Below, in pieces: positions 1-9,128 of a stretch of 33,273 nt of DNA; positions within the stretch are counted from its first letter, which is position 1, and each line of letters starts with the position of its first letter. Source of the stretch: a virus (taxonomy: Duplodnaviria > Caudoviricetes); IMG/VR virus record IMGVR_UViG_3300034349_000012, positions 1 through 33,273 of that record; one strand, 5' to 3'. The translations under genes were made by a program, and so were the position numbers. The notes under the pieces were generated by a model. That model made no database searches. It worked only from the letters and a program-made list of their open reading frames with translations, and had not been told where the DNA came from.

Positions 1-159
1 TCAATTGTTATTGCCATCTTTCAACCTCCTAATTTGCAAACCAAATCCATCTAAATTGCAAACTTAAACTGTTAGTGTCTGTATCTCTTTCAAATTTAAA
101 TAAATATTTCTTACTAAATTTTAATAACCTTTCAACATTTTCTTTCAGAATATTGGATG
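1..159. repeat. Terminal direct repeat (circular assembly overlap), copy 1
   Basis: 1-159 matches 33115-33273 except A127 versus T33241. Confidence 0.95.
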
Positions 160-547
160 CTTGGGGAAAATCGTTTTGCCTAATATACGGTTTAAAATCA
201 CTTATAATAGATCCTTCCCCGCCATAAACGCCGGTTGGGTTAATGGAATAAGTACAAACTGGAATATCAGAAAAATTCCTGTTTAAATTTATTGCTATTA
301 TTGGTGATCCGGTATTCATGGATGTTACCCCTTCTATAAGTGAAATTTTAAATGTTTTATCATAAGGTAGAATTGTTAACCCTTGTACAACATATTGGCA
401 CGCTACATCTGTAGGTATTTCAAGTAGCATATATTTTATGGTTTCCCCTGCTGCAAATGTAAAATTGGCAATACCATTATAAAGTGTTCCTGTTATTATA
501 TTGCTTGTAACATTATCAACGCTTTTAAAGCTATTTATTGTTGGCAT
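29..547 (-). CDS. Putative virion/decoration protein, paralog of 32493-33131
   Basis: 172 aa in the structural operon; shares NLNRN..P......P.G..GG and a C-terminal F.W motif with the next gene. Confidence 0.55.
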   Translation of the reverse strand: MPTINSFKSVDNVTSNIITGTLYNGIANFTFAAGETIKYMLLEIPTDVACQYVVQGLTILPYDKTFKISLIEGVTSMNTGSPIIAINLNRNFSDIPVCTYSINPTGVYGGEGSIISDFKPYIRQNDFPQASNILKENVERLLKFSKKYLFKFERDTDTNSLSLQFRWIWFAN

Positions 548-549
548 TT

Positions 550-903
550 TTATACCTCCACTATAGATACAATATTTGCAACGCCATAACTGATCCCATA
601 TATTGGCGTTGGTACATTTACATCTACGTCAAATGATCCACTTGCGCCTGCGCCAATAAAAATACCTTCTGTTTTGCTAACTGTAATTTTATTAGATATA
701 TATATAGCGCTTAATCCATTATTTTGAATCGTAACATTTTTACGCCCTATTAAATCGGTGCCGGTTGCATTAATTAATGTTGCTGTTGTTAAGATTTTTT
801 TTGTCGCAAACTCTGAGGTTGCTGTTATTGGCGCTACTATTACGGTTAATGGTGTTGTTGTTAGAGGTGTTAAATCTACTACTAAACCGGATGTTACGCC
901 CAT
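550..903 (-). CDS. Small beta-rich putative capsid decoration/fibre protein
   Basis: 117 aa, Thr/Val/Ile-rich, RKNVTIQNNG..IYI motif, downstream of the major capsid gene. Confidence 0.55.
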   Translation of the reverse strand: MGVTSGLVVDLTPLTTTPLTVIVAPITATSEFATKKILTTATLINATGTDLIGRKNVTIQNNGLSAIYISNKITVSKTEGIFIGAGASGSFDVDVNVPTPIYGISYGVANIVSIVEV

Positions 904-906
904 TTT

Positions 907-1530
907 TCACCCCTCCCATACTAATATCTGGCCTGTGCCTGTCGCCGCGTCGCTTACTAATGTAATGCCTGTTACTAAATTACATTCTATTACACTACCG
1001 CTGCTACACTTAAAACCATTGTCTAATGTTAATGCCTCACTATTTAATAGATCCACCCAAACGTTACCACTTAATAATTGTATGCTTACATTTTTTCCTA
1101 CAATTGCAAACTTTTGCATACCACAACTTACCTTACCAATTGCAATAGTATCTATTGTTGCCGGCCCCGTTTGTTTCTGGATTAAAATATTTCCAATTGC
1201 CCTTTTTGATATTACGCCTGTGGAATCTCCTAAATATGCGCCATAAATTTTCTTCCAATTATTAACCGCTAATGTGCTAACAACTGGTGTAACTCCGGTT
1301 AATATATATTGTTTAACTTGTACAACGTCGGCGTTATCAATGCCCCAAATCGTAATTATTTGTGTATCGGATGCGCTGCTACTAACTAATAAAACGCTAT
1401 CGTTTGCCGGTTGGTTGGATGTCGGTATTATTCCTATTTCAACCGGCGAAATAATTCTACTTTGTTTTTTATATGTGTTTATGGCTGCTATGGAATCGGT
1501 TATACTTCCCGTATTGCCTGCAAATATCAT
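907..1530 (-). CDS. Putative decoration protein; C-terminal domain paralogous to 1530-1802
   Basis: Start re-called at ATG 1530 (SD GGGGGTG, TAATG overlap with the upstream stop); SGNVWVDL..NGFK motif. Confidence 0.55.
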   Translation of the reverse strand: MIFAGNTGSITDSIAAINTYKKQSRIISPVEIGIIPTSNQPANDSVLLVSSSASDTQIITIWGIDNADVVQVKQYILTGVTPVVSTLAVNNWKKIYGAYLGDSTGVISKRAIGNILIQKQTGPATIDTIAIGKVSCGMQKFAIVGKNVSIQLLSGNVWVDLLNSEALTLDNGFKCSSGSVIECNLVTGITLVSDAATGTGQILVWEG

Positions 1531-1802
1531 TAAATCACCCCCCATTCCATGATCTGAATAGCTGCGCCGGCTGCATCTGATATAAAACTAATAATATTAG
1601 AGGTTTCCAAATCCATTGTTGTATTTGCGGTTAATTTAAAACCATTTAATGTTGTTAAATCTGATCTACCATTTAAGTCTATCCATACATTGCCGCTTAT
1701 AACCCATAATACGGACTTAGATCCTACTAATGTTATTGTAACTACTGCGCCGGCTGTAACTGCTGTGCTTGGTGTAACCTTAGTTTTATTTAACTTTGCC
1801 AA
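1530..1802 (-). CDS. Small beta-rich putative decoration protein
   Basis: Likely TTG start after SD GGGGTG; SGNVWIDL..NGFK motif. Confidence 0.55.
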   Translation of the reverse strand: MAKLNKTKVTPSTAVTAGAVVTITLVGSKSVLWVISGNVWIDLNGRSDLTTLNGFKLTANTTMDLETSNIISFISDAAGAAIQIMEWGVI

Positions 1803-2073
1803 TCTTAACACCCCGCTTTAATTTCTTTAATTCTGGATCTTTAAAATTATTAGATAATTCTTCTAATCCTGCATTTTTAAAAGAAGAGGCCGCAATATTT
1901 TCTTTTGCTGCCTCTGCTGCATCTTTAATAATTGGATCTTCTTTTTTTTCTTCCTTGATGATCTGATCATAATTTTTATCTTTAATTAATCTTTTTACAT
2001 GATCCGCATTTGACACGCTCCAAACTATGCCGGTTTCTTTATTCTTAAAATAAAATACTTTAAAATCTTCCAT
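1786..2073 (-). CDS. Hypothetical head-region protein
   Basis: 95 aa, charged, overlaps both neighbouring genes. Confidence 0.6.
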   Translation of the reverse strand: MEDFKVFYFKNKETGIVWSVSNADHVKRLIKDKNYDQIIKEEKKEDPIIKDAAEAAKENIAASSFKNAGLEELSNNFKDPELKKLKRGVKIGKVK

Positions 2074-2429
2074 TATTTTAATGTCGCTACTGCAAATATT
2101 TTGCCAACATAGCCAGTTTCAAAATCAACATATATTTTCCCGCGGTCTGTGCCACTTAATATTTCATATTTCATAGTTTCAAGCAAAATTAATTCAAATC
2201 CTGTTGTTGCTCCCATTGTTACTATAAGATCATCCGCGGTCCCATACTGGCTTTTAACTGTTAGTGTATGTGCTGCGCCATTTGTCTGTGTTGCTATGAG
2301 CATAACATGCTCGCTTACTCCTGCATCAACTATGCATCCATCCGCGGGTACTGGTACTAATGGTAACGCGGCAACGTCTAACCAAACGTTTTTAACTGTT
2401 ACTGCTACTGGTAAAACTTGTCTAGCCAT
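2073..2429 (-). CDS. Putative capsid decoration protein
   Basis: 118 aa beta-rich protein right after the major capsid gene, SD GGAGG; distantly similar to 30856-31194. Confidence 0.55.
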   Translation of the reverse strand: MARQVLPVAVTVKNVWLDVAALPLVPVPADGCIVDAGVSEHVMLIATQTNGAAHTLTVKSQYGTADDLIVTMGATTGFELILLETMKYEILSGTDRGKIYVDFETGYVGKIFAVATLK

Positions 2430-2508
2430 AAAATAAAACCTCCTAATATTTTTCTATTATTTTCCTAACATTTCCCTAACATATTTGTAACACTTCTGTA
2501 ATATTTTT

Positions 2509-2533
2509 AAAAAGGATCTATTCAAGATCCTTT
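2509..2533 (-). terminator. Rho-independent terminator after the major capsid gene
   Basis: AAAGGATCT-attca-AGATCCTTT hairpin with a T-run on the minus strand. Confidence 0.65.
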
Positions 2534-2536
2534 AAT

Positions 2537-3478
2537 TTATAAAGATGGTCTATTAACGTTTAAAACTGCTAATGCTGTTGGTCTTGTTACTTTAGCGCCA
2601 TATAAATGCAATCCCTTTACCGCATCCGCGAATCTCTTCTCTGGTCTGTATGCTTCTGTATCATTAATCTGTTCTGCATAACTCCATGCGCCATTATAAC
2701 CGGCTAGGATTTTAAACTCTGTTGTTATTGTTAAATATGGTACATTATTTGATTTAAGTATTGTAAATCCTGCGGCTTCACCAACTTGGCCATTCAATCG
2801 TGCTGCTGTGCTTGCTGCATCCGCTGCCTTTACAAATCTATCGTCTTTCAATAATAGGCCATGATACCAAGGTGGTACAACTACAAATCTTCCCATTTCT
2901 GGTACATTGTTTTCATCTAAAAGTACGCCTAATCTAACCAAACTTTCGTATGCGTCGGTAACCGCTGTAAATACAATAGGTGCCCCAACTGTACCTATTA
3001 AGTTTGTTCCGGCCACTTCTGTATATAATCCTGCAATATATTGATCTGCTACCCTAGCTATTGCGTATGCTGCCTCTGTCATGGCTTGTTGCATAACCTG
3101 TGGGTTTTGCTGTGCGGAATCTATATCGTCAATCTGAAAATTATATGACTTGCTTTGAGATATTAAAAGGGATCTTGAATCATCTGTCAAGGTTTCCGGA
3201 TCTGCTAAATTAGTATTTTTGGTATAATCTCCAACGGTAACGGGACCTATTCCATTAATTTTTACGGTGTCGCCATATGCTGTAATTTCGCCTTCATAAT
3301 CGCGGTTAATAACATTAGCTTGACCATAAACTAATGCTTGTTTCAATGTAACAAGTAACTGCGCGGACCATATAGCCGGTATAAAATTATTAATTGTAAA
3401 TCTATCTAATTTTAATAGATCAATTCTTTTAAAACTTTTGATCAAATTATTTTCTTGAATGAAATTTAAATTAAGCAT
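2537..3478 (-). CDS. Major capsid protein (P22 coat-like family)
   Basis: NFIPAIWSAQLL, NRDYEGEI..GDTVKI and GLHLYGAKV motifs; follows scaffold. Confidence 0.9.
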   Translation of the reverse strand: MLNLNFIQENNLIKSFKRIDLLKLDRFTINNFIPAIWSAQLLVTLKQALVYGQANVINRDYEGEITAYGDTVKINGIGPVTVGDYTKNTNLADPETLTDDSRSLLISQSKSYNFQIDDIDSAQQNPQVMQQAMTEAAYAIARVADQYIAGLYTEVAGTNLIGTVGAPIVFTAVTDAYESLVRLGVLLDENNVPEMGRFVVVPPWYHGLLLKDDRFVKAADAASTAARLNGQVGEAAGFTILKSNNVPYLTITTEFKILAGYNGAWSYAEQINDTEAYRPEKRFADAVKGLHLYGAKVTRPTALAVLNVNRPSL

Positions 3479-3501
3479 AAATAAAAACCTCCTAAATTTT
3501 T

Positions 3502-4257
3502 TTATCTTTTTAACGGGTTCGCTGCCATAAATTCATTAATGGCCGGTAACTGCTTGGCTATTTCTTCCTTACTCATCTTCCGGATCTTCTCATAACTTAA
3601 TGGTGTTGTATCGGTACCGCCAAAACTCGCGCCCCCCTTGTTAGGTAACGTATTAACACTTCCTAATAATTCCGGTATGTCACTAGTGATCTGTTTAATC
3701 TGGCTATTTAATAAAACGGAATCCACTTTACCATCTACCAAATCCAACGCGCCTAGATCCATTAGTTTTATTAAATAGTTTACGCGTTCCGGCTTAACCC
3801 CTGCTGCTATTGCTGCGGCTTTAACTTCTTGATTTTTTACATTAGCATTGTTTTTATCAATGGCTGAATCTCTTTCGGCTATCAATTCCGCTTGCCTATC
3901 TAATGCTTTTTGTAAATCTGTCTTGCTTGCTTCATCCGCCGCTGTCTTTGCCTCTATCAATCCTTTTAATGTTGTTTCGTCTTTTATGCCTAATGTCTGC
4001 AACATTGATGCCATTTGTTTTTTTGCTTCGCGTGATACTCTGCTCATAAATGATTTTTCATCTGGAAATACTGCAAATGGATCTTTAGTTGTTGTTGTGT
4101 CCGCTCCGGTTGCCGCTTCGTCACCTGTGGCGGTGCCTGTTACATCTGCCGCGGTGCCTGTTGCGTCGGTTGTTGTTGTATCATCTGATCCAATGCCTGC
4201 CTCTGGTCCAAATAAAAAAAGATTTATTTTAATTTTTTCTGTTAATTTCTTGTTCAT
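3502..4257 (-). CDS. Capsid scaffolding protein
   Basis: KINLFLF-G leader, acidic low-complexity N-terminus, coiled coil, immediately upstream of the major capsid gene. Confidence 0.85.
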   Translation of the reverse strand: MNKKLTEKIKINLFLFGPEAGIGSDDTTTTDATGTAADVTGTATGDEAATGADTTTTKDPFAVFPDEKSFMSRVSREAKKQMASMLQTLGIKDETTLKGLIEAKTAADEASKTDLQKALDRQAELIAERDSAIDKNNANVKNQEVKAAAIAAGVKPERVNYLIKLMDLGALDLVDGKVDSVLLNSQIKQITSDIPELLGSVNTLPNKGGASFGGTDTTPLSYEKIRKMSKEEIAKQLPAINEFMAANPLKR

Positions 4258-4339
4258 AATTTTGCTCCTTCCGTTTTATGGATTAAACGTTTCCATCTTA
4301 TACCTATCTTATTTTAGATCCTCATAGTAGGATCATATA

Positions 4340-4534
4340 TTAATTTTTAACTATCTGTAAATCGCTTATAGTAACCTCAAGATCCTGCGGGTATCTATCT
4401 GCTATCGCTTGTAATCCCAAAACCGCGGTTTCTAATATTGCACTAATTGCAGCGCATATAATTGGATCTGTCGCATGATCAACCGCGTATATTTCCATTT
4501 CACCGTTTCGCATCCTAACTGTTACCTTTGTCAT
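4340..4534 (-). CDS. prp: Prp-family (ribosomal-processing-type) cysteine protease
   Basis: DHA..PIICAAISAILETAVLGL matches the Prp His/Cys motif (GHA...DIVCAAVS). Confidence 0.75.
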   Translation of the reverse strand: MTKVTVRMRNGEMEIYAVDHATDPIICAAISAILETAVLGLQAIADRYPQDLEVTISDLQIVKN

Positions 4535-4544
4535 TGCTTCACCT

Positions 4545-4862
4545 TCACCCTGTCGTTAATCTTGGATTATTAACCATTAAATCATGTCTTGCCGCGTACC
4601 ACTCTTTTAATTTTGCCTTACTCTGGATAATATCCCGCTGATCAAATGCCACTTCTTTTCTATTCTTCCATTTTTGGATCTGCCGGTTAATATAATTTAA
4701 TTTCTGTGTATCTTGATATAATTTTTGTTCGCTTTGAATTTCTGCCGGCGTTCTTGTTTTCGGTGTTGTGCTGATACCTTCTATAAATATGCTAACGCTA
4801 TGCCTACAATTCGGATGAAATAATCCCGCTGCTCTGGCCTCTGCTAATGTTGGATATGCCAT
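4545..4862 (-). CDS. Minor capsid (head morphogenesis) protein, C-terminal part
   Basis: YPTLAEARAAGLFHPNCRH signature and Q..R..ER-type helical tail; own SD GGAAGTG. Confidence 0.8.
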   Translation of the reverse strand: MAYPTLAEARAAGLFHPNCRHSVSIFIEGISTTPKTRTPAEIQSEQKLYQDTQKLNYINRQIQKWKNRKEVAFDQRDIIQSKAKLKEWYAARHDLMVNNPRLTTG

Positions 4863-5056
4863 AAAATCACTTCCATTTTGATACGTCTAATTGACGTATG
4901 CGTTAATATTTAATCATTCTTAGCTTCGTTTGTTATGCGACCTTCGCTAAATCTAAATTTAGCGACGTTATTTCGACAAATAATTTGCATATATAGAATA
5001 TAAAGGTAGCGGAATGTATAAAAAAAATTAAATCATGTATAAAGCATGTATAATTT

Positions 5057-5260
5057 TTATGTTGCCGCCATTATGCGGGTTAAAACATCTTTTATTCCTT
5101 TTATGCTGCTCTGGCTTTGTAATTCTTTCCCTAGTAATTCGCCTAGAAATGTTATTTGTGCGGCTGTTAATCCTGCGGCAACTGTTGCATCTGTACTAGC
5201 AGGAAATGCATTTGTTAATAATGTCTTTACTGCTGCATTAACTACAATTGTTTTTGCCAT
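5057..5260 (-). CDS. Small Ala/Thr-rich hypothetical protein in the insertion
   Basis: 67 aa from ATG 5260 with SD GGGAGG. Confidence 0.6.
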   Translation of the reverse strand: MAKTIVVNAAVKTLLTNAFPASTDATVAAGLTAAQITFLGELLGKELQSQSSIKGIKDVLTRIMAAT

Positions 5261-5370
5261 TGTAAAACCTCCCATTATTTGTATATTTTAAATTATATTC
5301 AACCCGTTTGTTAATGTGTCAAATTATTTTGACAAATAAACGGAATATTTAGTTATTAATCTATAAATAA

Positions 5371-5398
5371 AGTTTACCATATTTTGTGGGTTTTTCAA
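5371..5398 (-). promoter_or_regulatory. Putative sigma-A promoter of the inserted cassette
   Basis: TTGAAA-16-TAAACT with extended TG. Confidence 0.45.
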
Positions 5399-5445
5399 TA
5401 TGGTTTAAAGGATTTTTTGATAAATACTTTTGTGTTACTTTTTTG

Positions 5446-6225
5446 TTACTCTAGCCGCAAAACCTTACCTTCCCATGGTAAACATTTGTCGTCAGATCCG
5501 GAATGTGTTGATACAATAACTAAATTTACTCCTAGTTCTTCCATTCGGCTCATGGTGCCGCTTAAATTCGCTTGTACTAAATTGGACCTGCACGCCATGT
5601 CTGCGTATGCGCTTAATGACCAATGTCTACCCGCTTTATCTATAAAATTTGTTATGCCCATATTTGCGAATTTATTTAATGCCGCTCTAATTGCTTCTAA
5701 TCTGGTTGCGGTCCCTGTTATCATCTGCATAGCGGAATCTGTAATTATTTGCCTGTAAATATCATCTGCCGCTCGTATAATTTGTGGATGTGTACTTTTT
5801 AGCTGATCTGTTAATGCCTTTGCCATGGCCTCAACTTTAGTTTGATCTATCTTCCCAAATGCCATGGATATAGTTTGTTCTAAAAAACCTAATTGATTTT
5901 TAAAATATAACTGGCCATTCTTTCGTGCTGCAATGCCCTGCTGTATTAAACTTAAATCTACCCCGTTTAATCCTTCTTTATATGCTGCGGCAATAATTCC
6001 ATTTATTGCTTTGTCTAATTCAAGATCTAATATTGCTATTTGCTCCTCTACATCTTGCCGCATTTGTCTGATCATCTTTAATTTTTTTTGCTCCCATAAT
6101 GGACTGTCTAAATCTGTTTTTAATCTTGCTGTCATTTTTGCCATTATAGAATTTTCCGCGCTATTATAAAGATCTACAATTTTTTGCGCTAATATTCTAT
6201 TTGTATTTGCACTTATCCCCGCCAT
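5446..6225 (-). CDS. Minor capsid (head morphogenesis) protein, N-terminal part
   Basis: FIDKAGRHWSLSAYADMACRS and VSTH....C.PWEGKV motifs; follows portal; lacks HPNCRH. Confidence 0.85.
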   Translation of the reverse strand: MAGISANTNRILAQKIVDLYNSAENSIMAKMTARLKTDLDSPLWEQKKLKMIRQMRQDVEEQIAILDLELDKAINGIIAAAYKEGLNGVDLSLIQQGIAARKNGQLYFKNQLGFLEQTISMAFGKIDQTKVEAMAKALTDQLKSTHPQIIRAADDIYRQIITDSAMQMITGTATRLEAIRAALNKFANMGITNFIDKAGRHWSLSAYADMACRSNLVQANLSGTMSRMEELGVNLVIVSTHSGSDDKCLPWEGKVLRLE

Positions 6226-6236
6226 ACTGTCACCCC

Positions 6237-7709
6237 TTAAACCGGCATACTATCTATATTTACGGTGCTTATTCCTTGTTCTCCTAATATCGTATTAACT
6301 TCGTCGTCAATGGCTTGCTTGGTCCAATCTGGATGTGCCATTTGTACCTTTACCCTTGTGCTTGCAGCTTGCGCCCTATTTAATGTATCTATGGTTCCGC
6401 TAACTTGTCCTAGGTCAAAACTTAAACTATCTTGAAATTCTATAGATGGCGCTAATACTTCTATATTCGGTGTCTTAAATATTGATTTATCTATTTGCAG
6501 CAACATTTCAATTATATCCTGCAATGCCTGCTTAAAAAATATTTGTTTCTTGCCGGTTGTTATAATACTTTTTCTTTCCCTAACGTTTAAAGCTAGCCCG
6601 CTTTCGCCTGCTCCGGATATGTTCATTCCAAAACTTTGTGGACTATATCCGGAATCTGTAATTGCTTGTAATACTAATTGTGTGACGGTGTCCTTATGCT
6701 CTGTCACTCTTAAATTAAATTGTACTTGATCTATTCCCTTACCTTTAGCGCTTAATGGATCTATGTCTAATGCTGTAAATATTTCACGATCTGCATTAAA
6801 TTTAAATTCGCCATTGTCGCGCTCTAGCCATTGTTCCGGTACAATAATCCGCGCTTGGCCTAACTTAATTTCTTTTATCCAACTGGTATAAACTTGATTA
6901 ATGGAATCAAATAATCCTTCATTCCCTTGGTAATCGCTATTACCTAATCCACTACCCCTAAACATTCTATTAGGTTTTACGTTGGGAATATATCTGACCA
7001 TAATATCATCTATGCCGGTTAAAATTTCGTCTTGCATTTCCGCTGTATCATCCAAATCTGTTAGCGGTACTCTAACGCCTAAATTATCAGATGTCCCCCT
7101 ATATAAAGCATTTATAACCATGCCTTTAGTGTGATTTTCTAGTAATCTATATGTGTATCTGTCAGTTTCGCATACGATTTTATGAAAAGTAACTTCTTTT
7201 AAAAATCCCCATTGGAAACATGGTAACGCATTGTCGGCTTGTATAATGTCAATAATTGGAATATCTTTAAATTCTACATCCCAATTAGGTTTTAAAAATA
7301 CTCCACCTAATGCGCTTGCGCTTTCTGCTGCCTCTAATAATTTAGAATAAAATTCACCTTTCTGCAATATAACATCCATTCTATCTTGTGTTGCCTTGGC
7401 TCCCGCGCTTGCATTATCCATAAATGCATCTGGTATTCTTATAATAGGTTGTTCACCAAATAACATGTTGGCGCTTGTGGCTGCAATATCTGCGGCAACG
7501 GGTACGTGTAAATAGGTTTCTATTTCCCGCCTTAACTGGCGCAATGCAAATCTATTGCTTGGTACATATGGCGCTTTTAAATGATCTGTATATAAATTAA
7601 TTAAGTTTTCAATATTGCTGCTATACCACGCGGCCCATTCTGCATACTTATAATATACATTCTTCCAACGTTTCGGTAACCATGGCGTGTTATCTAATGG
7701 TAATGCCAT
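6237..7709 (-). CDS. Portal protein (SPP1 gp6/A118-like)
   Basis: 490 aa after terminase; SA.MLFGE, YIPN, SGYSPQSFG, ESG.AL motifs. Confidence 0.9.
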   Translation of the reverse strand: MALPLDNTPWLPKRWKNVYYKYAEWAAWYSSNIENLINLYTDHLKAPYVPSNRFALRQLRREIETYLHVPVAADIAATSANMLFGEQPIIRIPDAFMDNASAGAKATQDRMDVILQKGEFYSKLLEAAESASALGGVFLKPNWDVEFKDIPIIDIIQADNALPCFQWGFLKEVTFHKIVCETDRYTYRLLENHTKGMVINALYRGTSDNLGVRVPLTDLDDTAEMQDEILTGIDDIMVRYIPNVKPNRMFRGSGLGNSDYQGNEGLFDSINQVYTSWIKEIKLGQARIIVPEQWLERDNGEFKFNADREIFTALDIDPLSAKGKGIDQVQFNLRVTEHKDTVTQLVLQAITDSGYSPQSFGMNISGAGESGLALNVRERKSIITTGKKQIFFKQALQDIIEMLLQIDKSIFKTPNIEVLAPSIEFQDSLSFDLGQVSGTIDTLNRAQAASTRVKVQMAHPDWTKQAIDDEVNTILGEQGISTVNIDSMPV

Positions 7710-7727
7710 ATAAATTCACCCCCTTTA

Positions 7728-7862
7728 TTATTTCTTTTTAGATCCTTTTTTAGCGCTTAATTTACTAAATGCAATTGCAATTGCTTGCTTTTGTGGATGT
7801 CCTTTAGCCATTTCTTTTTTTATAATAGGCCCTAATTTATTAGATCCTTTTTTCGCCGCCAT
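7728..7862 (-). CDS. Small basic KQAIAIA-motif protein (not in ORF track)
   Basis: MAAKKGSNKLGPIIKKEMAKGHPQKQAIAIAFSKLSAKKGSKKK, 44 aa, SD GGGGGTG; motif typical of small basic phage head-region proteins. Confidence 0.75.
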   Translation of the reverse strand: MAAKKGSNKLGPIIKKEMAKGHPQKQAIAIAFSKLSAKKGSKKK

Positions 7863-7880
7863 CTTATCACCCCCTTATAT

Positions 7881-9128
7881 TTATAATATAAATCTGCTCC
7901 ATATTTGTCTAGTAGAATAAACTACATAGCGTAACCCGTCTAGTACGTGGTCATTTAGTTTAACTGGCTTATCTTCCCCACGCTTTTGTGCTTTACTATC
8001 CCATACATAACTACTTAATTCTTGTAATAAATTCTTGCATTTTTTATTAACCCTAAACATTCCGGCCCCCATTAAATTAGAAGTTAATTCAATCCCATTT
8101 TTAACGCTGTTATCTGCTTGTACTATCCCCATTACTCCATCTTCATAAAGCTGTACAATAAAACCTTCGGCGCTTGGATCTATAAAAATCTTTTCTGGCC
8201 GGATCTTGGCCCCGCTTTTATTATGCAAACGGTCCCGCCATTTAATAAAATCTTTGCTATATTGTGCCGGTGACTTTTGCAATCCTTCGCGGCCGCTGTG
8301 GTAATATTCGTTTATAGCATATAGTTTATGATCAATACCTAAACCGCATAGTAAAAAGGTTGTGGCGTTACTTGTACCATAATCTACACCTACGAAATAT
8401 CTTTGCATATCTGGCATTTCATCATTTGTTATAGTCATTGTTTCCGCGTCGAATTGATCATATATTACCCCGTCGGCAAGTACCCATAACCCCAAAATCA
8501 TGCGCTTAAACCATAGCCCACTATATGCCTTTTTTATAAATTCTATATATTCTTTACTTAAATTAGGATTATCTTCTAAAACGAAATGTATAACCCTAAC
8601 CATGCCGCTATCAATTTTTTTTTGATCTGTAATATAATCTTTATAAAGATAATGATATGGACTATCTGGGTTAGTTGTCCCGTATAACTTGGCCCCTTCA
8701 ATGCTTAATCTATTTAATAATTGTTTAAAAAAATTCTCTGGCATTAATGAAATTTCGTCACAATATGCCCCTGCTAATGTCTTGCCTCTTAAATACTTTT
8801 CAGATCCTTCATCCTTGGCGCCTATGATCTTAATTCTGCGGCCACAAATCAATAACTCACCACTATTAAGGTTGTAATTATAATTGCTTGATCCAACTGT
8901 ATCAAATAAATCGAATAAAATATTATCGTGTATTGTTTCTTTTGATACCCCCGTCATAATTAGTAATCCTTCTGGTGCCTCTTTAATATAGGTTAACCAT
9001 TTTGGTATCATTGTTACCGTCTTACTACTTCTTACACTACCTTCTAATATATTTATTCTTGCATCCTGTGCAATTGGTGTTGTTATAAATCGTGCTGACT
9101 TTTCACCCCATTCCCCCCAATTAATCAT
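7881..9128 (-). CDS. terL: Terminase large subunit, PBSX family
   Basis: Walker A EGSVRSSKT, Walker B AYCDE, TTNPD, GVDYGTSNAT, DHVLDGLRY. Confidence 0.95.
   Translation of the reverse strand: MINWGEWGEKSARFITTPIAQDARINILEGSVRSSKTVTMIPKWLTYIKEAPEGLLIMTGVSKETIHDNILFDLFDTVGSSNYNYNLNSGELLICGRRIKIIGAKDEGSEKYLRGKTLAGAYCDEISLMPENFFKQLLNRLSIEGAKLYGTTNPDSPYHYLYKDYITDQKKIDSGMVRVIHFVLEDNPNLSKEYIEFIKKAYSGLWFKRMILGLWVLADGVIYDQFDAETMTITNDEMPDMQRYFVGVDYGTSNATTFLLCGLGIDHKLYAINEYYHSGREGLQKSPAQYSKDFIKWRDRLHNKSGAKIRPEKIFIDPSAEGFIVQLYEDGVMGIVQADNSVKNGIELTSNLMGAGMFRVNKKCKNLLQELSSYVWDSKAQKRGEDKPVKLNDHVLDGLRYVVYSTRQIWSRFIL

Noticed and set aside
4863-5445. Group I/II intron or IS in the minor capsid gene
   Set aside because: No recognisable intron core motifs, homing endonuclease, maturase, transposase or terminal inverted repeats by eye; the downstream half has its own SD
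7242-7253. TATAATGTCAAT match to the start of cassette 1's variable segment (self-target in portal)
   Set aside because: Only 12 nt and AT-rich, so plausible by chance
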